Source: Candidatus Omnitrophota bacterium (GTDB lineage Bacteria > Omnitrophota > Gorgyraeia > Velamenicoccales > Velamenicoccaceae). From it: a DNA stretch of 64,000 nucleotides. The notes beneath the pieces are model-generated. The model made no database searches. It was not told where the DNA came from and worked only from the letters and a program-made list of their open reading frames with translations. This document shows, piece by piece, positions 16,868 through 27,383 of the stretch. Where the stretch lies: positions 29,493-93,492 of the forward strand of contig DMEU01000011.1 in the NCBI GenBank assembly GCA_003451585.1. The letters are read 5' to 3'. The first letter of the stretch is position 1, and each line of letters starts with the position of its first letter. Both the position numbers and the translations under genes were made by a program.

Positions 16868-19732
16868 ATGAGCAGCACACATTTGATCATAAAGGGCGCC
16901 AGGGAGCATAATCTAAAAAATATATCGCTCGAGTTGCCGCGCAATAAATTGATCGTAGTAACCGGCCTTTCAGGCTCAGGAAAATCGTCCCTGGCTTTTG
17001 ATACTATTTATGCCGAAGGCCAGAGGCGCTATGTCGAGAGCCTTTCGAGTTATGCCCGCCAGTTCTTAGAGCAGCTCCAAAAACCCGATGTCGATATCAT
17101 AGAAGGCCTTTCGCCCACCATATCTATAGAGCAGAGGACAGCCGGAGGCAACCCTCGTTCGACAGTTGGGACCCAGACTGAGATATATGATTACTTGAGA
17201 TTGTTATTCGCGCGCATAGGTATTCCGCATTGCCCTAAATGTGGCCGGCGGGTCGAGCGGCAGAGCGCGCAGGAGATAGTCGGCCAAGTTATGCGGTTGA
17301 AGAATGGGACAAAGATAGAGGTCTTGTCTCCTCTAATACAAGGCCGCAAAGGCGAATATCGCAAGATACTTGGCCAGATCCAAAAAGACGGTTTTGTGAG
17401 GGCAAGGATCGACGGCAAGGTCTATGAGTTAGACGCGGAGATAAAACTGGATCGTTACAAGGTGCATCATATTGAAGCCGTTGTCGACAGGCTTGTTGTA
17501 GACGAGAGTATTAAAACACGGCTCACCGATTCCGTTGAAACAGCTTTAAAATTCGGCAAAGGCATCGTTATTATAAGTCATCAGGGTTCGCCAGTCACTA
17601 GTCGCCAGTCACTAGTCACTAGCCACCAGCCACTAGCCACCAGGGTTCATCAGTCAAAAGATATGGTTTTTAGTGAATTATATGCTTGTACAAGTTGTGG
17701 AGTAAATATTCCCGAGATAGAGCCGAGGATATTCTCGTTCAATTCCCCGTACGGCGCCTGTCATGCGTGTAACGGGCTGGGGTTTAAAATGGAATTTGAC
17801 TTAGACCTTATAATACGTGATAAGAGCAGGTCTATCCTTGGCGGTGCGCTTGAGCCCTGGAAGCGCGGAGGCAAAGGGTATCTGTTGTATTATCGCAGCC
17901 TGTTGCGTGAGCTTTCTGGCCGTCTCGGGTTTGATCTAGATACGCCGTTTAAAAAATTGAAGAAACAGGAGAGGGATGCTATCCTTTACGGTTGTGATGA
18001 GATGATATGGGGCAGGAGATTCGAGGGGCTGGTCCCTCACTTAGAGAGGCTTTTTAACCAGACGGACAGCTTGTACTTAAAAGAAGAGATCTCAAAATTC
18101 ATGTCGCAGCTGCCGTGTCCGGTCTGCGCCGGATCGAGGTTAAATAAAGAGAGCCTTGCCGTGACTATCAAGGATAGGTCCATTTGGGACGTGGTGCGTA
18201 TGACGATAACACAAGCGTACGAGTTTTTTTCCGGCCTGGAACTGACTTTAAAAGAAAAAGTTATCGCACAACAGGCTTTAAAGGATGTGCGGGAAAAACT
18301 TCATTTTTGTATAAACGTCGGCCTCGGGTATTTGACACTGGATAGGCGGTCTCAAACGCTTTCAGGCGGAGAATTCCAGCGCATACGCCTGGCAACGCAG
18401 GTGGGTTCCGGCCTTGTAGGCGTGCTTTACGTCTTAGACGAGCCAAGCATAGGGCTTCATTCGCGCGATAATGCGAAGTTGCTGCTTACTTTAGAGTCTT
18501 TGCGGGACCTTGGAAATACGCTTATAGTGGTAGAGCACGACGAAGCTACTATCCGCGCGGCTGACCACATCGTAGACCTCGGCCCGGGTGCTGGAAATTA
18601 TGGCGGAGAAGTGCTCTACAGCGGGACGCTTGAGGCGTTGTTGAAGAGCAAGGATTCTTTGACCGCCAAGTTCTTGACGGGCGAGCTGCAGATAAAGGTG
18701 CCAACCGGACGCCGCGATTACAGGAGTAGAAAATACATCGAGATACGCGGAGCCACTACGCATAACTTAAAAGGTATCGACGTCAAATTCCCGCTAGGCG
18801 TTTTTATTTGCGTAAGCGGGGTCTCAGGTTCCGGAAAATCGACCTTGATAGACGAGACCCTTTATAAGGCCTTGACTAAAGAGTTGTACCGTTCAAAAGT
18901 AAAACATGGATATTTTAAAGGTATAAGCGGAGTAGAGAATATCGATAAAGTGATAGTGGTAGATCAGAGTCCTATAGGCAGGACCCCCAGGTCAAACCCT
19001 GCCACATATACAGGGGTTTTTTCTTTTATACGGGATATCTTTGCGAGGTTGCCTGAGTCGCGCGCCCGGGGTTACAGGCCGGGGCGTTTCAGTTTTAATG
19101 TAAAAGGCGGCCGATGCGAGGCCTGCTCAGGGGATGGGATAAAAAAGATAGAAATGCACTTTTTGCCTGATGTCTACGTCAAATGCGAGGTCTGTCATGG
19201 CGAAAGGTTCAACGATGCCACTTTGGAAGTAAGGTATAAGGGTAAGTCTATCGCGGATGTCCTGGATATGTCTGTCCAAGAAGGGCTTGTCTTATTTGAA
19301 AATATACCTAAAATAAAGGATGTGCTGCAGACTCTTTTTGATGTCGGCCTTGGGTATGTGCAATTGGGCCAGTCTGCTACGACATTATCCGGAGGAGAGG
19401 CCCAGAGGGTAAAACTTGCATCAGAGCTGTGCAAGCGTTCGACTGGCAGGACTTTATACATACTCGATGAGCCGACTACGGGGTTGCACTTTGCGGACGT
19501 GGAAAAATTGTTGGCCGTCCTTCAAAGGCTGGTAGATCTGGGCAATACGGTCCTTGCGGTGGAACATAACATGGATGTTATAAAGAGCGCAGATTATTGT
19601 ATAGATCTTGGGCCTGAGGGCGGAGACCTCGGGGGAGAGGTGGTCGCCTCCGGCAGCCCGGAAGAGGTGGCAGGCGTCGAGAGGTCATATACAGGGCAGT
19701 ATTTAAGAAAAACCTTGGGAAAACAATTATGA
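16868..19732 (+). CDS. uvrA: excinuclease ABC subunit A
   Basis: Two ABC modules ([18 protein letters not shown]), Zn-finger Cys pairs, and full-length similarity to UvrA. Confidence 0.95.
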   Translation: MSSTHLIIKGAREHNLKNISLELPRNKLIVVTGLSGSGKSSLAFDTIYAEGQRRYVESLSSYARQFLEQLQKPDVDIIEGLSPTISIEQRTAGGNPRSTVGTQTEIYDYLRLLFARIGIPHCPKCGRRVERQSAQEIVGQVMRLKNGTKIEVLSPLIQGRKGEYRKILGQIQKDGFVRARIDGKVYELDAEIKLDRYKVHHIEAVVDRLVVDESIKTRLTDSVETALKFGKGIVIISHQGSPVTSRQSLVTSHQPLATRVHQSKDMVFSELYACTSCGVNIPEIEPRIFSFNSPYGACHACNGLGFKMEFDLDLIIRDKSRSILGGALEPWKRGGKGYLLYYRSLLRELSGRLGFDLDTPFKKLKKQERDAILYGCDEMIWGRRFEGLVPHLERLFNQTDSLYLKEEISKFMSQLPCPVCAGSRLNKESLAVTIKDRSIWDVVRMTITQAYEFFSGLELTLKEKVIAQQALKDVREKLHFCINVGLGYLTLDRRSQTLSGGEFQRIRLATQVGSGLVGVLYVLDEPSIGLHSRDNAKLLLTLESLRDLGNTLIVVEHDEATIRAADHIVDLGPGAGNYGGEVLYSGTLEALLKSKDSLTAKFLTGELQIKVPTGRRDYRSRKYIEIRGATTHNLKGIDVKFPLGVFICVSGVSGSGKSTLIDETLYKALTKELYRSKVKHGYFKGISGVENIDKVIVVDQSPIGRTPRSNPATYTGVFSFIRDIFARLPESRARGYRPGRFSFNVKGGRCEACSGDGIKKIEMHFLPDVYVKCEVCHGERFNDATLEVRYKGKSIADVLDMSVQEGLVLFENIPKIKDVLQTLFDVGLGYVQLGQSATTLSGGEAQRVKLASELCKRSTGRTLYILDEPTTGLHFADVEKLLAVLQRLVDLGNTVLAVEHNMDVIKSADYCIDLGPEGGDLGGEVVASGSPEEVAGVERSYTGQYLRKTLGKQL

Positions 19733-22212
19733 ATTATAAATTGAGCAGAAAGATCATCTTAATAATATTTGCAGCTTTTTTTTGCGCAGGCAATGTGTCC
19801 GCTGAGAGCTTCAACAAGAAAGAGGAGGATACTTTTTATGTGGCGGTAAAGGCCTACGAGGATGGTTTTTATGATGCGTCCTTGACGCTTTTTGACAGGT
19901 ATCTAAAAACATATATCGATACGAACAAAAAAATTGACGCACTTATTTATATCGGCCAATGTTATTTTTTTCAGGAAAAATATGTCAAGGCGCTTGACCA
20001 GTTCGAATCCCTTTTGAAGATGGAGGGTACGGACCGCCTGAAGGATAAGATACTTTTCTGGCTTGGGGAGGTTTATTTGAAAGGGCGGGATTACAGGCAG
20101 GCCGCGGAGTTCTACAATAAGTTGATAAAAGACCATAGTGATTCGTTTTATGTCTTGCCGGCCAAAAGGTCTTTGGCATCCGCTTTTTTTAATGAGTCCA
20201 AGTATGAACAGGCGCTTGAAATATATCGCAGCATTATCGCTGGCTTCGATGAGCCGTCTGCCGTAGAGGAAGCATATTCCGGCATTTGCGAGATATTGTA
20301 CAGGCTTAAAGATTACGCAAAACTCAGGACGGAACTGGCCGATCTTATCGTAAAATTTCCGCAATCGCGTATGATCAACCGCGCCTATTTTTATCTCGGC
20401 GAGGCTAATTTTTATCTAAACGATTTTCAGGAGGCCATAGACGCATATCAGAAGGCCGATGTTGTTGCCGAAAGCCAGCAGCAATCCGACCTGTCGAACA
20501 TCGGCTTGGGATGGACTTATCTGAAGTTAAAAAAATACGACGAGGCAAAAGAAGCCTTCTCGAAATTCGCTGAGCAGGGTGTGCCTGCAAGCGTTTTGTT
20601 GGGCAAGGCGGTTCTGGAATCAGCTTTATCATCTTATGATAAAGCGCTTGAGTTGTTCGACAAGGTTATCGCAGACGACAGGACCGGCGAGTATTCTACC
20701 TTCGCTCATTTCGGCCGCGCAGAAGTCCTTTATAACTTGTCGCACTTCAATGAAGCCATTATCGCCTACAGGGTATCTTTGGACAAACTCAAAATGGCCA
20801 CAGGCCTTTACGCGGATACCAAAGAGCTTAGGGACAAGATCTTTTACGGCCTGGCATGGGCTTATTTGAAAGTCGGTGATTTCACATCGGCCCAGGAAGT
20901 ATTTCAGAAAATAGCGTCTCTGTCAAACGACAAGATCGTCAAACTGAGCGCAATGGTCCAATCGGCGGATACTTACCAGGATGCGGGTGAGTATAAAAAG
21001 GCGATAGAGGCGTATCAGCATTTTCTTATAGAGTATCCGGATACTGTATATAACGATTATATACAGTATCAGCTGGGTATGACATGGCTGAAGATGGATA
21101 ATATGGAATCTGCTGTTTTGGCTTTTCGTAAGCTTCTAGAGAGTTATCCGTCTTCCCAGCTTATCGATGACTCGCATTACTTTTTAGGGATGGCTTATTT
21201 CCGCAGGGGTGATTTTTCCGCGAGCCGTAAACAGCTCTCAGAGTTCTTGACTTCGCTTAAAAGTTCTTCCTACCGCCTGCAGGCCCTGTTTTTTTTGGGG
21301 GAATCGCTTGTGAATCTTGCGGAATTTAAGCCAGCTATAGATATATTCAACATTGTCATAAAAGAAGGCCAAGGGCAGGAGTCATTGCGCCAAAAAGCTG
21401 AATATGAGATTGCGAATGCCTTCGCTTCCATGGGTAATGAAGCTGAGGCGCATAAACGGCTATCTGATTTTATCGCCCGCTACCCGGAGTCACAGTTATC
21501 GCCCGATATACTTTTTTGGTTGGGACAGTCTTATTCGGCGAAAAAGAATTTTGCCCTTAGCCGGAAATATTTTGAGCGGCTCGTGCGCAATTACCCGGAT
21601 CACGAATTGATAGGCGACTGCCTTTTAGAAATAGGGCTGACATATTTAGAGGATGGTGATGAAGGCGCCGCCTTAAGGATTTTCAGCCAGGCAAAAGAAG
21701 CGGGCCGCGGCTCTTCTTTGTCGCGTGCCTGGATCTTATCGGGTGATATCTATTCTTTACGGTCCGATCTGAAGAACGCATTGGAGAATTATAACGAAGC
21801 TTTGCGCCTGGGTTCCGGGCTTGCAAGGACAGCCGGCATAAAGATGGCCGCGCTCTATAAGAGACAGAGGATGTTTAAAGAAGCAATTGCTGCGCTGGAA
21901 CAGGCACAAGCTGTGGACGGGCCTGAATCCGGGGGCCAGATACAATTTAATATAGCCGAACTTTTTGATGAGATGGGCGCCGCTCAGGAGGCCATGGATG
22001 GATATTTAAAAGTTTCCTATCTTTATCCGCACGATGACCGCCTTGTGGTCAAGTCACTGCTCAGGTTGGCGCGTATTTATGAGAACAAGGAAAATCGGCC
22101 GGAGCTCATAGCTATACTGGAGAAGATCTTAAGGTACGATTGCCCTGAAGCAAAGTATGCCATGGAAAAATTGTCAGGTTTGAGGGAACCAGCTGATCCC
22201 GGAGGCAGATAA
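19729..22212 (+). CDS. secreted tetratricopeptide-repeat protein
   Basis: Signal peptide followed by many TPR-like 34-aa repeats. It has a 4-nt overlap with uvrA. Confidence 0.75.
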   Translation: MNYKLSRKIILIIFAAFFCAGNVSAESFNKKEEDTFYVAVKAYEDGFYDASLTLFDRYLKTYIDTNKKIDALIYIGQCYFFQEKYVKALDQFESLLKMEGTDRLKDKILFWLGEVYLKGRDYRQAAEFYNKLIKDHSDSFYVLPAKRSLASAFFNESKYEQALEIYRSIIAGFDEPSAVEEAYSGICEILYRLKDYAKLRTELADLIVKFPQSRMINRAYFYLGEANFYLNDFQEAIDAYQKADVVAESQQQSDLSNIGLGWTYLKLKKYDEAKEAFSKFAEQGVPASVLLGKAVLESALSSYDKALELFDKVIADDRTGEYSTFAHFGRAEVLYNLSHFNEAIIAYRVSLDKLKMATGLYADTKELRDKIFYGLAWAYLKVGDFTSAQEVFQKIASLSNDKIVKLSAMVQSADTYQDAGEYKKAIEAYQHFLIEYPDTVYNDYIQYQLGMTWLKMDNMESAVLAFRKLLESYPSSQLIDDSHYFLGMAYFRRGDFSASRKQLSEFLTSLKSSSYRLQALFFLGESLVNLAEFKPAIDIFNIVIKEGQGQESLRQKAEYEIANAFASMGNEAEAHKRLSDFIARYPESQLSPDILFWLGQSYSAKKNFALSRKYFERLVRNYPDHELIGDCLLEIGLTYLEDGDEGAALRIFSQAKEAGRGSSLSRAWILSGDIYSLRSDLKNALENYNEALRLGSGLARTAGIKMAALYKRQRMFKEAIAALEQAQAVDGPESGGQIQFNIAELFDEMGAAQEAMDGYLKVSYLYPHDDRLVVKSLLRLARIYENKENRPELIAILEKILRYDCPEAKYAMEKLSGLREPADPGGR

Positions 22213-22904
22213 TGATACAGAATTTTATTAAAGGGGCCATCGTCATATCAAGTGTTGCAGCTTCTGTTCTGATATATCTAAACGTTGAATTCGTGCGGAT
22301 GGGCGGGCCTGTGATCGTACCGCTTTTGTTATCATCTGTTTTCGCCTTCGCTATTGTCATCGATAAACTTGCCCAGTTCAACAGGGAGGGCGTGGATACC
22401 CAGGCCTTGCTTAAGAATATCTTTGAATCTATTGAACGTCAAAGGATAAAGGAGGGCATCGACCTCTGTGACCAGGCTAATGTGAGCGTAGCCCGTATTT
22501 TAAAAGAGGGTATCATGAAATATGACCGGCCTAAGGAGGAGATCAGGGATGCAATGCAGGATTCTTTTTTATACGAGATCCCGCTTTTGGAAGATAAGCT
22601 CCCCATACTCGCTACGCTCGTCCAGATAGCTCCGCTATTAGGTTTTTTGGGTACACTCGCCGGGCTGGCCAATATTTTTAGGGTGATACAGGCCAGGGGT
22701 ATATCAGCCATGCCGCCAATGGGCGTTGAATTCGCGCAAGGCATTTGGCAGGCCCTGATCTGTTCCATGGCCGGCTTTCTTGTGGCCATACCGTTGCTCG
22801 TGGCGCACAACTATCTTTCCAACAGGTCCAAACTCCTTGTGGAACAGATGGAGAGGGTCTCTACCGAGTTGATGAATTTTCTGGTAGAAAGGAGAATGCC
22901 TTGA
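22212..22904 (+). CDS. MotA/TolQ/ExbB proton-channel family protein
   Basis: Three TM segments and the conserved C-terminal half (APLLGFLGTLAGL...) typical of ExbB/TolQ. Confidence 0.8.
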   Translation: MIQNFIKGAIVISSVAASVLIYLNVEFVRMGGPVIVPLLLSSVFAFAIVIDKLAQFNREGVDTQALLKNIFESIERQRIKEGIDLCDQANVSVARILKEGIMKYDRPKEEIRDAMQDSFLYEIPLLEDKLPILATLVQIAPLLGFLGTLAGLANIFRVIQARGISAMPPMGVEFAQGIWQALICSMAGFLVAIPLLVAHNYLSNRSKLLVEQMERVSTELMNFLVERRMP

Positions 22905-23296
22905 AATTCGCACAATCCGGGCGCATGCAGCCGAAAGTCAAATACCTTTATTCTATAGCCTCCGCCAACATCATGCTTATCCTCATGGTATTTATTTATT
23001 TATTGCCTTCCGCATTGTCTTATTCAGGCGTATCGATCGAAATACCTCGCGTTATAACTTCAGAATCCGTCTCCGGGAAAGGTTATATCATCATTATCGC
23101 TGATGATAATAGTGTCTTTATCGGAGGAAGACGCATCCTTATACCTGAGCTTAAGAGTTTTCTATCTGCAAAAAATTACGGGGCTTCAGACGTGTTCATC
23201 AAGGCCGATCAAAAGTCCGACGTAGGCACCCTTGCAAAAGTGTGGGATATCTGCAGGGATTCCGGCGCGCGGAAAGTCAGTATAGCCACAAATTGA
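22901..23296 (+). CDS. ExbD/TolR biopolymer transport protein
   Basis: Single N-terminal TM segment plus a periplasmic domain (VFIKADQKSDVGTLAKVWD). I prefer the TTG at 22901 (AGGAG upstream, 4-nt overlap); the alternative is the ATG at 22925. Confidence 0.7.
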   Translation: MKFAQSGRMQPKVKYLYSIASANIMLILMVFIYLLPSALSYSGVSIEIPRVITSESVSGKGYIIIIADDNSVFIGGRRILIPELKSFLSAKNYGASDVFIKADQKSDVGTLAKVWDICRDSGARKVSIATN

Positions 23297-23297
23297 G

Positions 23298-23948
23298 GTG
23301 CGGAATATGGCAGGTAAATACGCCACAACAGGCCTTTCAGCTAAGGGCCTGGCGATCTCTTTATCGATGCATCTTTTTTGGTTCTTTTTATTTGTACCGG
23401 TCGTAAAAAGCCAGGCATCCGCATACCATGCGGGCAGCTCTTTTTTCCTAGGCTCAATTCTTCAAGGTGATGACCTGCGCTATTTTCCGGCAGGGCTTGC
23501 GCGGAATGATAAGAGGTTTTTTCTCACGCAAGACCTGGGCCGGGGTGATTATTTTAAGAAGGCAGATGGTGTTTTTTCAAAACCGAAGGTCTATGGCAGT
23601 GCGGCCATAAAATATGACAGGCAGGCACGGCCTCAAGCCAAATTGACATCGATATCCGGCGATGCCGGCCGTGACATAGTTTTCGGGATATCGGATTTTT
23701 CCGATCATCTTGACAACGTTGATTTTGCCGAGCTTAAGCGTATTTCGACGCGCGAAGATGTCTCCGGCTTTATCGAGGTCCAGGTATTATTGGGGGCAGG
23801 CGGAACTGTTAAAAACATAAAAAAGGTTACGGGGAGCGGTGACCCGATACTGGATCTTTATTGTATACGTAAATTTCGCACAGCCGTATTTAAAGATTTC
23901 CTGCATCAGGGTAAGCTGGTAAATGTAAGGTTTAAAATTAAAGATTAG
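23298..23948 (+). CDS. TonB/TolA-like energy-transducer candidate
   Basis: N-terminal TM anchor. The C-terminal GFIEVQVLLGAGGTVKNIKKVTGSGDPILD resembles a TonB C-terminal domain, and the gene sits after exbBD. Confidence 0.5.
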   Translation: MRNMAGKYATTGLSAKGLAISLSMHLFWFFLFVPVVKSQASAYHAGSSFFLGSILQGDDLRYFPAGLARNDKRFFLTQDLGRGDYFKKADGVFSKPKVYGSAAIKYDRQARPQAKLTSISGDAGRDIVFGISDFSDHLDNVDFAELKRISTREDVSGFIEVQVLLGAGGTVKNIKKVTGSGDPILDLYCIRKFRTAVFKDFLHQGKLVNVRFKIKD

Positions 23949-24197
23949 ATGATTAAAATTGATTTTTCTTATTACATCTGCTATTATCTATCCATTGCGT
24001 TATCGGGCCTGATGTTTTTTTGGTATTGCGGTAGAAAGAAGGTCAAAAGACAAGGGCTTGTTTCGCGTGACAGGGTGTTACAGTGCTCCACCTGTACGTA
24101 TGTTTATTTTGAATCCAAAGTTTCAAAAATAAGTACGTGTCCTTTGTGTGGTAGTTTTAATTCGAGGTCACAGAAAATAGACAATGTTACCTCCTAG
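23949..24197 (+). CDS. small membrane-anchored zinc-ribbon protein
   Basis: One TM helix plus a CSTC...CPLC motif. Confidence 0.5.
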   Translation: MIKIDFSYYICYYLSIALSGLMFFWYCGRKKVKRQGLVSRDRVLQCSTCTYVYFESKVSKISTCPLCGSFNSRSQKIDNVTS

Positions 24198-24205
24198 CCT
24201 AAACA

Positions 24206-24243
24206 CTTGCTAATTTTAAGCTAATCCGCTTAAAATTAGCAAG
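24206..24243. repeat. perfect 16-bp inverted repeat (stem-loop)
   Basis: cttgctaattttaagc / gcttaaaattagcaag with a 6-nt loop and no trailing T-run. A second 10-bp stem follows at 24256-24265 / 24288-24297. Confidence 0.8.
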
Positions 24244-24308
24244 TAGGCACGGAGGTTAACTTTGCAAGGTATAGCAACTTTAAATAGGCAAAGTTAAGGA
24301 GGCTGATA

Positions 24309-24509
24309 ATGATAACAGAGATTGGTATAGTTGCAGGAGAGATTTGGCATTATCTTGACGCGCACGGAGAAGCGCTTTTTTCCGATATGGCCCGGCATAT
24401 AGATAAATCCCGCGACCTGATACTTATGAGCCTTGGCTGGCTTGCAAGAGAGGGGCATGTGGTTTTGGTGAGTGTTGAAGGCAATTACAAGATCTCTTTG
24501 CGCAAATGA
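24309..24509 (+). CDS. small winged-helix (DUF2582-like) protein
   Basis: 66 aa with the pattern AGEIWHYL...LGWLAREG typical of small wHTH proteins. GGAGG Shine-Dalgarno sequence. Confidence 0.6.
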   Translation: MITEIGIVAGEIWHYLDAHGEALFSDMARHIDKSRDLILMSLGWLAREGHVVLVSVEGNYKISLRK

Positions 24510-24856
24510 AGTTATTCTCGGATAGAGCCCTGGCTATCCTGAACATGTTGATATTTTGCGTGATCTTCACTGTTCTGTCAGGGGTTATACTGGCCCTCGT
24601 AAGTTCCCACACCCGCCAAATGGAGACCAATATCCGCAGGACCAAGGCCTTTTATGTTTCCGAAGCCGGAAATGTAGCCTCATATGATTCTTTTAGAAGA
24701 AATGTCGCTTTCTCCAATCCTTCCGTAGAGTGGTCATTTAACGCAGCCGGTAATCCAACGGCTACAAAACCCGCGGCCGTAGTTTCTACTGCAGGGGCAG
24801 GGCCTGGGGGGACTACGCGGATTAATTCTACTACCAATTACGTTATGAATTGGTGA
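24506..24856 (+). CDS. PilX-N-like pseudopilin / minor pilin candidate
   Basis: N-terminal hydrophobic helix followed by a KAFYVSEAG motif (the A-F-Y-x-AEAG signature of PilX N-terminal domains). Confidence 0.5.
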   Translation: MKLFSDRALAILNMLIFCVIFTVLSGVILALVSSHTRQMETNIRRTKAFYVSEAGNVASYDSFRRNVAFSNPSVEWSFNAAGNPTATKPAAVVSTAGAGPGGTTRINSTTNYVMNW

Positions 24857-24919
24857 GCGTTCTTACAAAAAATTTTTTATAATATAAGTAAGTTTGAGTA
24901 ACCTTACATTATAATTTAA

Positions 24920-24948
24920 TTGACAAAGTAAAAATAATATGATTTAAT
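24920..24948 (+). promoter_or_regulatory. candidate sigma70 promoter in an AT-rich gap upstream of the pil operon
   Basis: TTGACA (24920-24925), 17-nt spacer, TTTAAT (24943-24948). Confidence 0.4.
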
Positions 24949-25003
24949 TAATACGAGTTAAGTTAAATTTTACATAATATTGAGACAGTAATGAGGATGA
25001 ATA

Positions 25004-25186
25004 ATGTATAGTTTGATGGATATCGAGGAGCTGGCGAGCTACCTGAGGCTCAAGAAACAGACCATTTATAATTGGCTGCATGAGAGTAAGATCTCGGGCA
25101 TCAAGGTGGGCGGCGTTTGGAGATTCGATAAGAAAGATATCGATAAGTGGCTTCGCTCCAACACAAGAAGCGCCAGGCTAAAATAG
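25004..25186 (+). CDS. excisionase-family helix-turn-helix DNA-binding protein
   Basis: LASYLRLKKQTIYNWLHESKISGIKVGGVWRF matches the HTH_17/MerR-superfamily excisionase fold pattern. Confidence 0.7.
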   Translation: MYSLMDIEELASYLRLKKQTIYNWLHESKISGIKVGGVWRFDKKDIDKWLRSNTRSARLK

Positions 25187-25220
25187 TAATGGCCTCGGAT
25201 AAACCAATAATGAGGGCGTA

Positions 25221-26837
25221 ATGTTGTCTAATCTTTTTAAAAAAGATCTTGCAGGCATATATTTCAGCTCTAAGGGCATAGTCCTGGTCCAGCAGTCTTC
25301 CGGGAAGATGAAAAATCATTTAAGCCTTCCTTATCCTGTCGCGGGAGAGGAGGCCGTAAATGTCATTTCCGACGATATTTTCGATGTCTTCAAGAACAGG
25401 GACATGGAGATGCTGGCTTTCCTGCAGAAGGCCATACGTGACAGCAGGATCGATACCTCAAATATAGTCGTGGCGCTGCCCCCGAAGGACCTTATCATAC
25501 GTTTTTTTGAAATGCCGAACATCCCGCGTTCTGAGGTATTGGCCGGTATAAATTTTGAGATGAAGAAATATATACCGTTCAAGCTCGAAGAGCTCGCCTA
25601 TGATTTTCAATACCGCATCAAACATAAGGCAAATATCATAGAAGTCGTACTTTGCGGGATAAAGCAAGACCCGTTGGACAGATACGTCAACCTTTTCAAA
25701 CAGTTGAATCTGGAACCTGTAGCCTTTGAGCCTGGCCTGTTCAGCCTTTTCAGGCTTTTATCTATAAAAAGCAAACTGGCAAGCCAGCAGTCTTATGTGA
25801 TCCTGGAGTTTGACCAGAAAGAGGCCAACATATTGATCGTAGAGAAAGGGTTCCCTTACTTTACCCGCGATATCAAGCTGTTGTCTTCGGCCGGTGCGAT
25901 CAAATCGCAGGATGAATTCGACGCTGTCCTGTTCAGGTTGATCAATGAAGTGCGAGTCTCTTTGGATTATTATAAGAGACAGTTCATGAAGAAGGATATT
26001 GACGAGATGCTGATCATCTCGAGCAAAAGCTTCAGCACCTGGGTCGATAATTTCAGCAAGGAATTAGGCCTGAAGGTCAATTTTATAGCTTTAGATGAAT
26101 TGTTGAAGATGAAGGATGTGCATGAGGACATGCTCTCCGATGCCGGCAAGGCTTTTGGTGCCGCTTTAAAGATCGAGCGGCCTTCTCTTGTAACTTTGAA
26201 TCTTTGGAAGGCTAAAGAGAAGGCAAAGGAAGCCGCTGCCCTGGGTGCGCCAGGCATGGCCGGCGTAAATATTCTGGATACAGTCGTCGCGTTTTTACAG
26301 GAATCCAGATCAGCCCTGATAAAGGGCTCTATTGTAGCCGCAGTCGTTCTTGCGGCGGCCTATGGCGCCGGATTTTCAAAAGTCTTTCCCCTTGAAAAGG
26401 AGCTCTCAGCGGCCTCTATAAAACAGCTCCCATTTTTACCCGGCGTTGACCTCTCCAGCCTCGAGAATGTGCAGGGAAGCGAACGGAATTTTATCGAGAA
26501 GGAAAGGGATTATAGGAGTTTCATACAAGATTACAGCCCCCTGTATAAGAAGTTAGAGCTTTTACCGCGCCTTCTGCCTAGAGGTGTGTGGATAGAGCGA
26601 TTGGCATTTACGGATAGGCCGCTTTCTCTGCGGCTTAGCTGTTATTCTTATTCTGCGGATGACCGAGAAATGTCCGAAAACATCAATAATTTTGTCGTGC
26701 AGTTGAAGCAAAATAAGGAATTATCGGATGCTTTTCCAATGATCGACCAGAAGTCGTATCGCGAGACGAGCAGGGACAATATCTATTATATACAATTTGA
26801 CGTTCAATTCGAAAAACCGCAAGCAGCTGGCAGGTAA
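25221..26837 (+). CDS. pilM: type IV pilus assembly PilM-PilN fusion protein
   Basis: N-terminal actin-like PilM region, a central TM helix (IVAAVVLAAAYGAGF), and a C-terminal PilN-like region (LPRGVWIERLAF...). Confidence 0.7.
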   Translation: MLSNLFKKDLAGIYFSSKGIVLVQQSSGKMKNHLSLPYPVAGEEAVNVISDDIFDVFKNRDMEMLAFLQKAIRDSRIDTSNIVVALPPKDLIIRFFEMPNIPRSEVLAGINFEMKKYIPFKLEELAYDFQYRIKHKANIIEVVLCGIKQDPLDRYVNLFKQLNLEPVAFEPGLFSLFRLLSIKSKLASQQSYVILEFDQKEANILIVEKGFPYFTRDIKLLSSAGAIKSQDEFDAVLFRLINEVRVSLDYYKRQFMKKDIDEMLIISSKSFSTWVDNFSKELGLKVNFIALDELLKMKDVHEDMLSDAGKAFGAALKIERPSLVTLNLWKAKEKAKEAAALGAPGMAGVNILDTVVAFLQESRSALIKGSIVAAVVLAAAYGAGFSKVFPLEKELSAASIKQLPFLPGVDLSSLENVQGSERNFIEKERDYRSFIQDYSPLYKKLELLPRLLPRGVWIERLAFTDRPLSLRLSCYSYSADDREMSENINNFVVQLKQNKELSDAFPMIDQKSYRETSRDNIYYIQFDVQFEKPQAAGR

Positions 26838-26851
26838 TCGGCGAAGGACAT

Positions 26852-27379
26852 ATGGGCAATAATAATCTCGATGTGATTTTGAAAAAGAAGGAGAATATCG
26901 TACTGGTGGTCATGGTCCTTATCTCACTGTGGTTTGCAAAGGGCATATACAGCGGGCAGTCCATGCGTTATGAAGAGATGCTCAGGCAGATCGAGACGGA
27001 GAAGGAGAAGGGCGTAACATTAGACCGCATCCTTGTTTTCAACGAAAAAATCAAGAAGGCAAAAGAAAAGAGCTGGGACACGTTGGATACCAATGCCATT
27101 ATCGATAAGATCTATAAAGAGGGTATCGAATCAGAGATCAAGATCAGGAATATCTCTCCCGGCGGCAGGGTTGAAGAGAAGAATTATGTCCTTATTTCGT
27201 TTGGCATCGAGTCGGAAGCGACGTATAAGCAGTTTATAAGGTTTATAAAGAGATTGGAGATTTATCCAATGCTGGTGAGGGTAAAGACATTCAATATTGA
27301 GCCCATGGATGAGACTGGTAGGAGTGTAGACCCCATATTGAGGGGAAGCATTGCGTTGGATGCCGTTTATTTAAAGTAG
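26852..27379 (+). CDS. PilO-like bitopic pilus assembly protein
   Basis: N-terminal TM segment, a coiled-coil segment and a small C-terminal domain. Called mainly from its position between pilMN and pilP/Q. Confidence 0.4.
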   Translation: MGNNNLDVILKKKENIVLVVMVLISLWFAKGIYSGQSMRYEEMLRQIETEKEKGVTLDRILVFNEKIKKAKEKSWDTLDTNAIIDKIYKEGIESEIKIRNISPGGRVEEKNYVLISFGIESEATYKQFIRFIKRLEIYPMLVRVKTFNIEPMDETGRSVDPILRGSIALDAVYLK

Positions 27380-27383
27380 GCGT

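Noticed and set aside
17585-17653. Heptamer and short-unit repeat arrays considered as CRISPR arrays (also 37182-37279 and 9440-9538)
   Set aside because: The units are 7-10 nt and directly abutting, with no unique spacers of ~30 nt. No cas genes are in the window.
24206-24243. The perfect 16-bp inverted repeat as an intrinsic terminator of the ExbBD/TonB-like block
   Set aside because: No U-tract follows the stem (taggcacgg). It may be a protein-binding palindrome or an RNA processing hairpin, so it is reported only as an inverted repeat.
25004-25186. The excisionase-family HTH as evidence of a prophage or integrative element
   Set aside because: There is no integrase, recombinase, phage or transposase gene anywhere in the window. 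The gene heads the pilus assembly operon, so a regulator role is more parsimonious.
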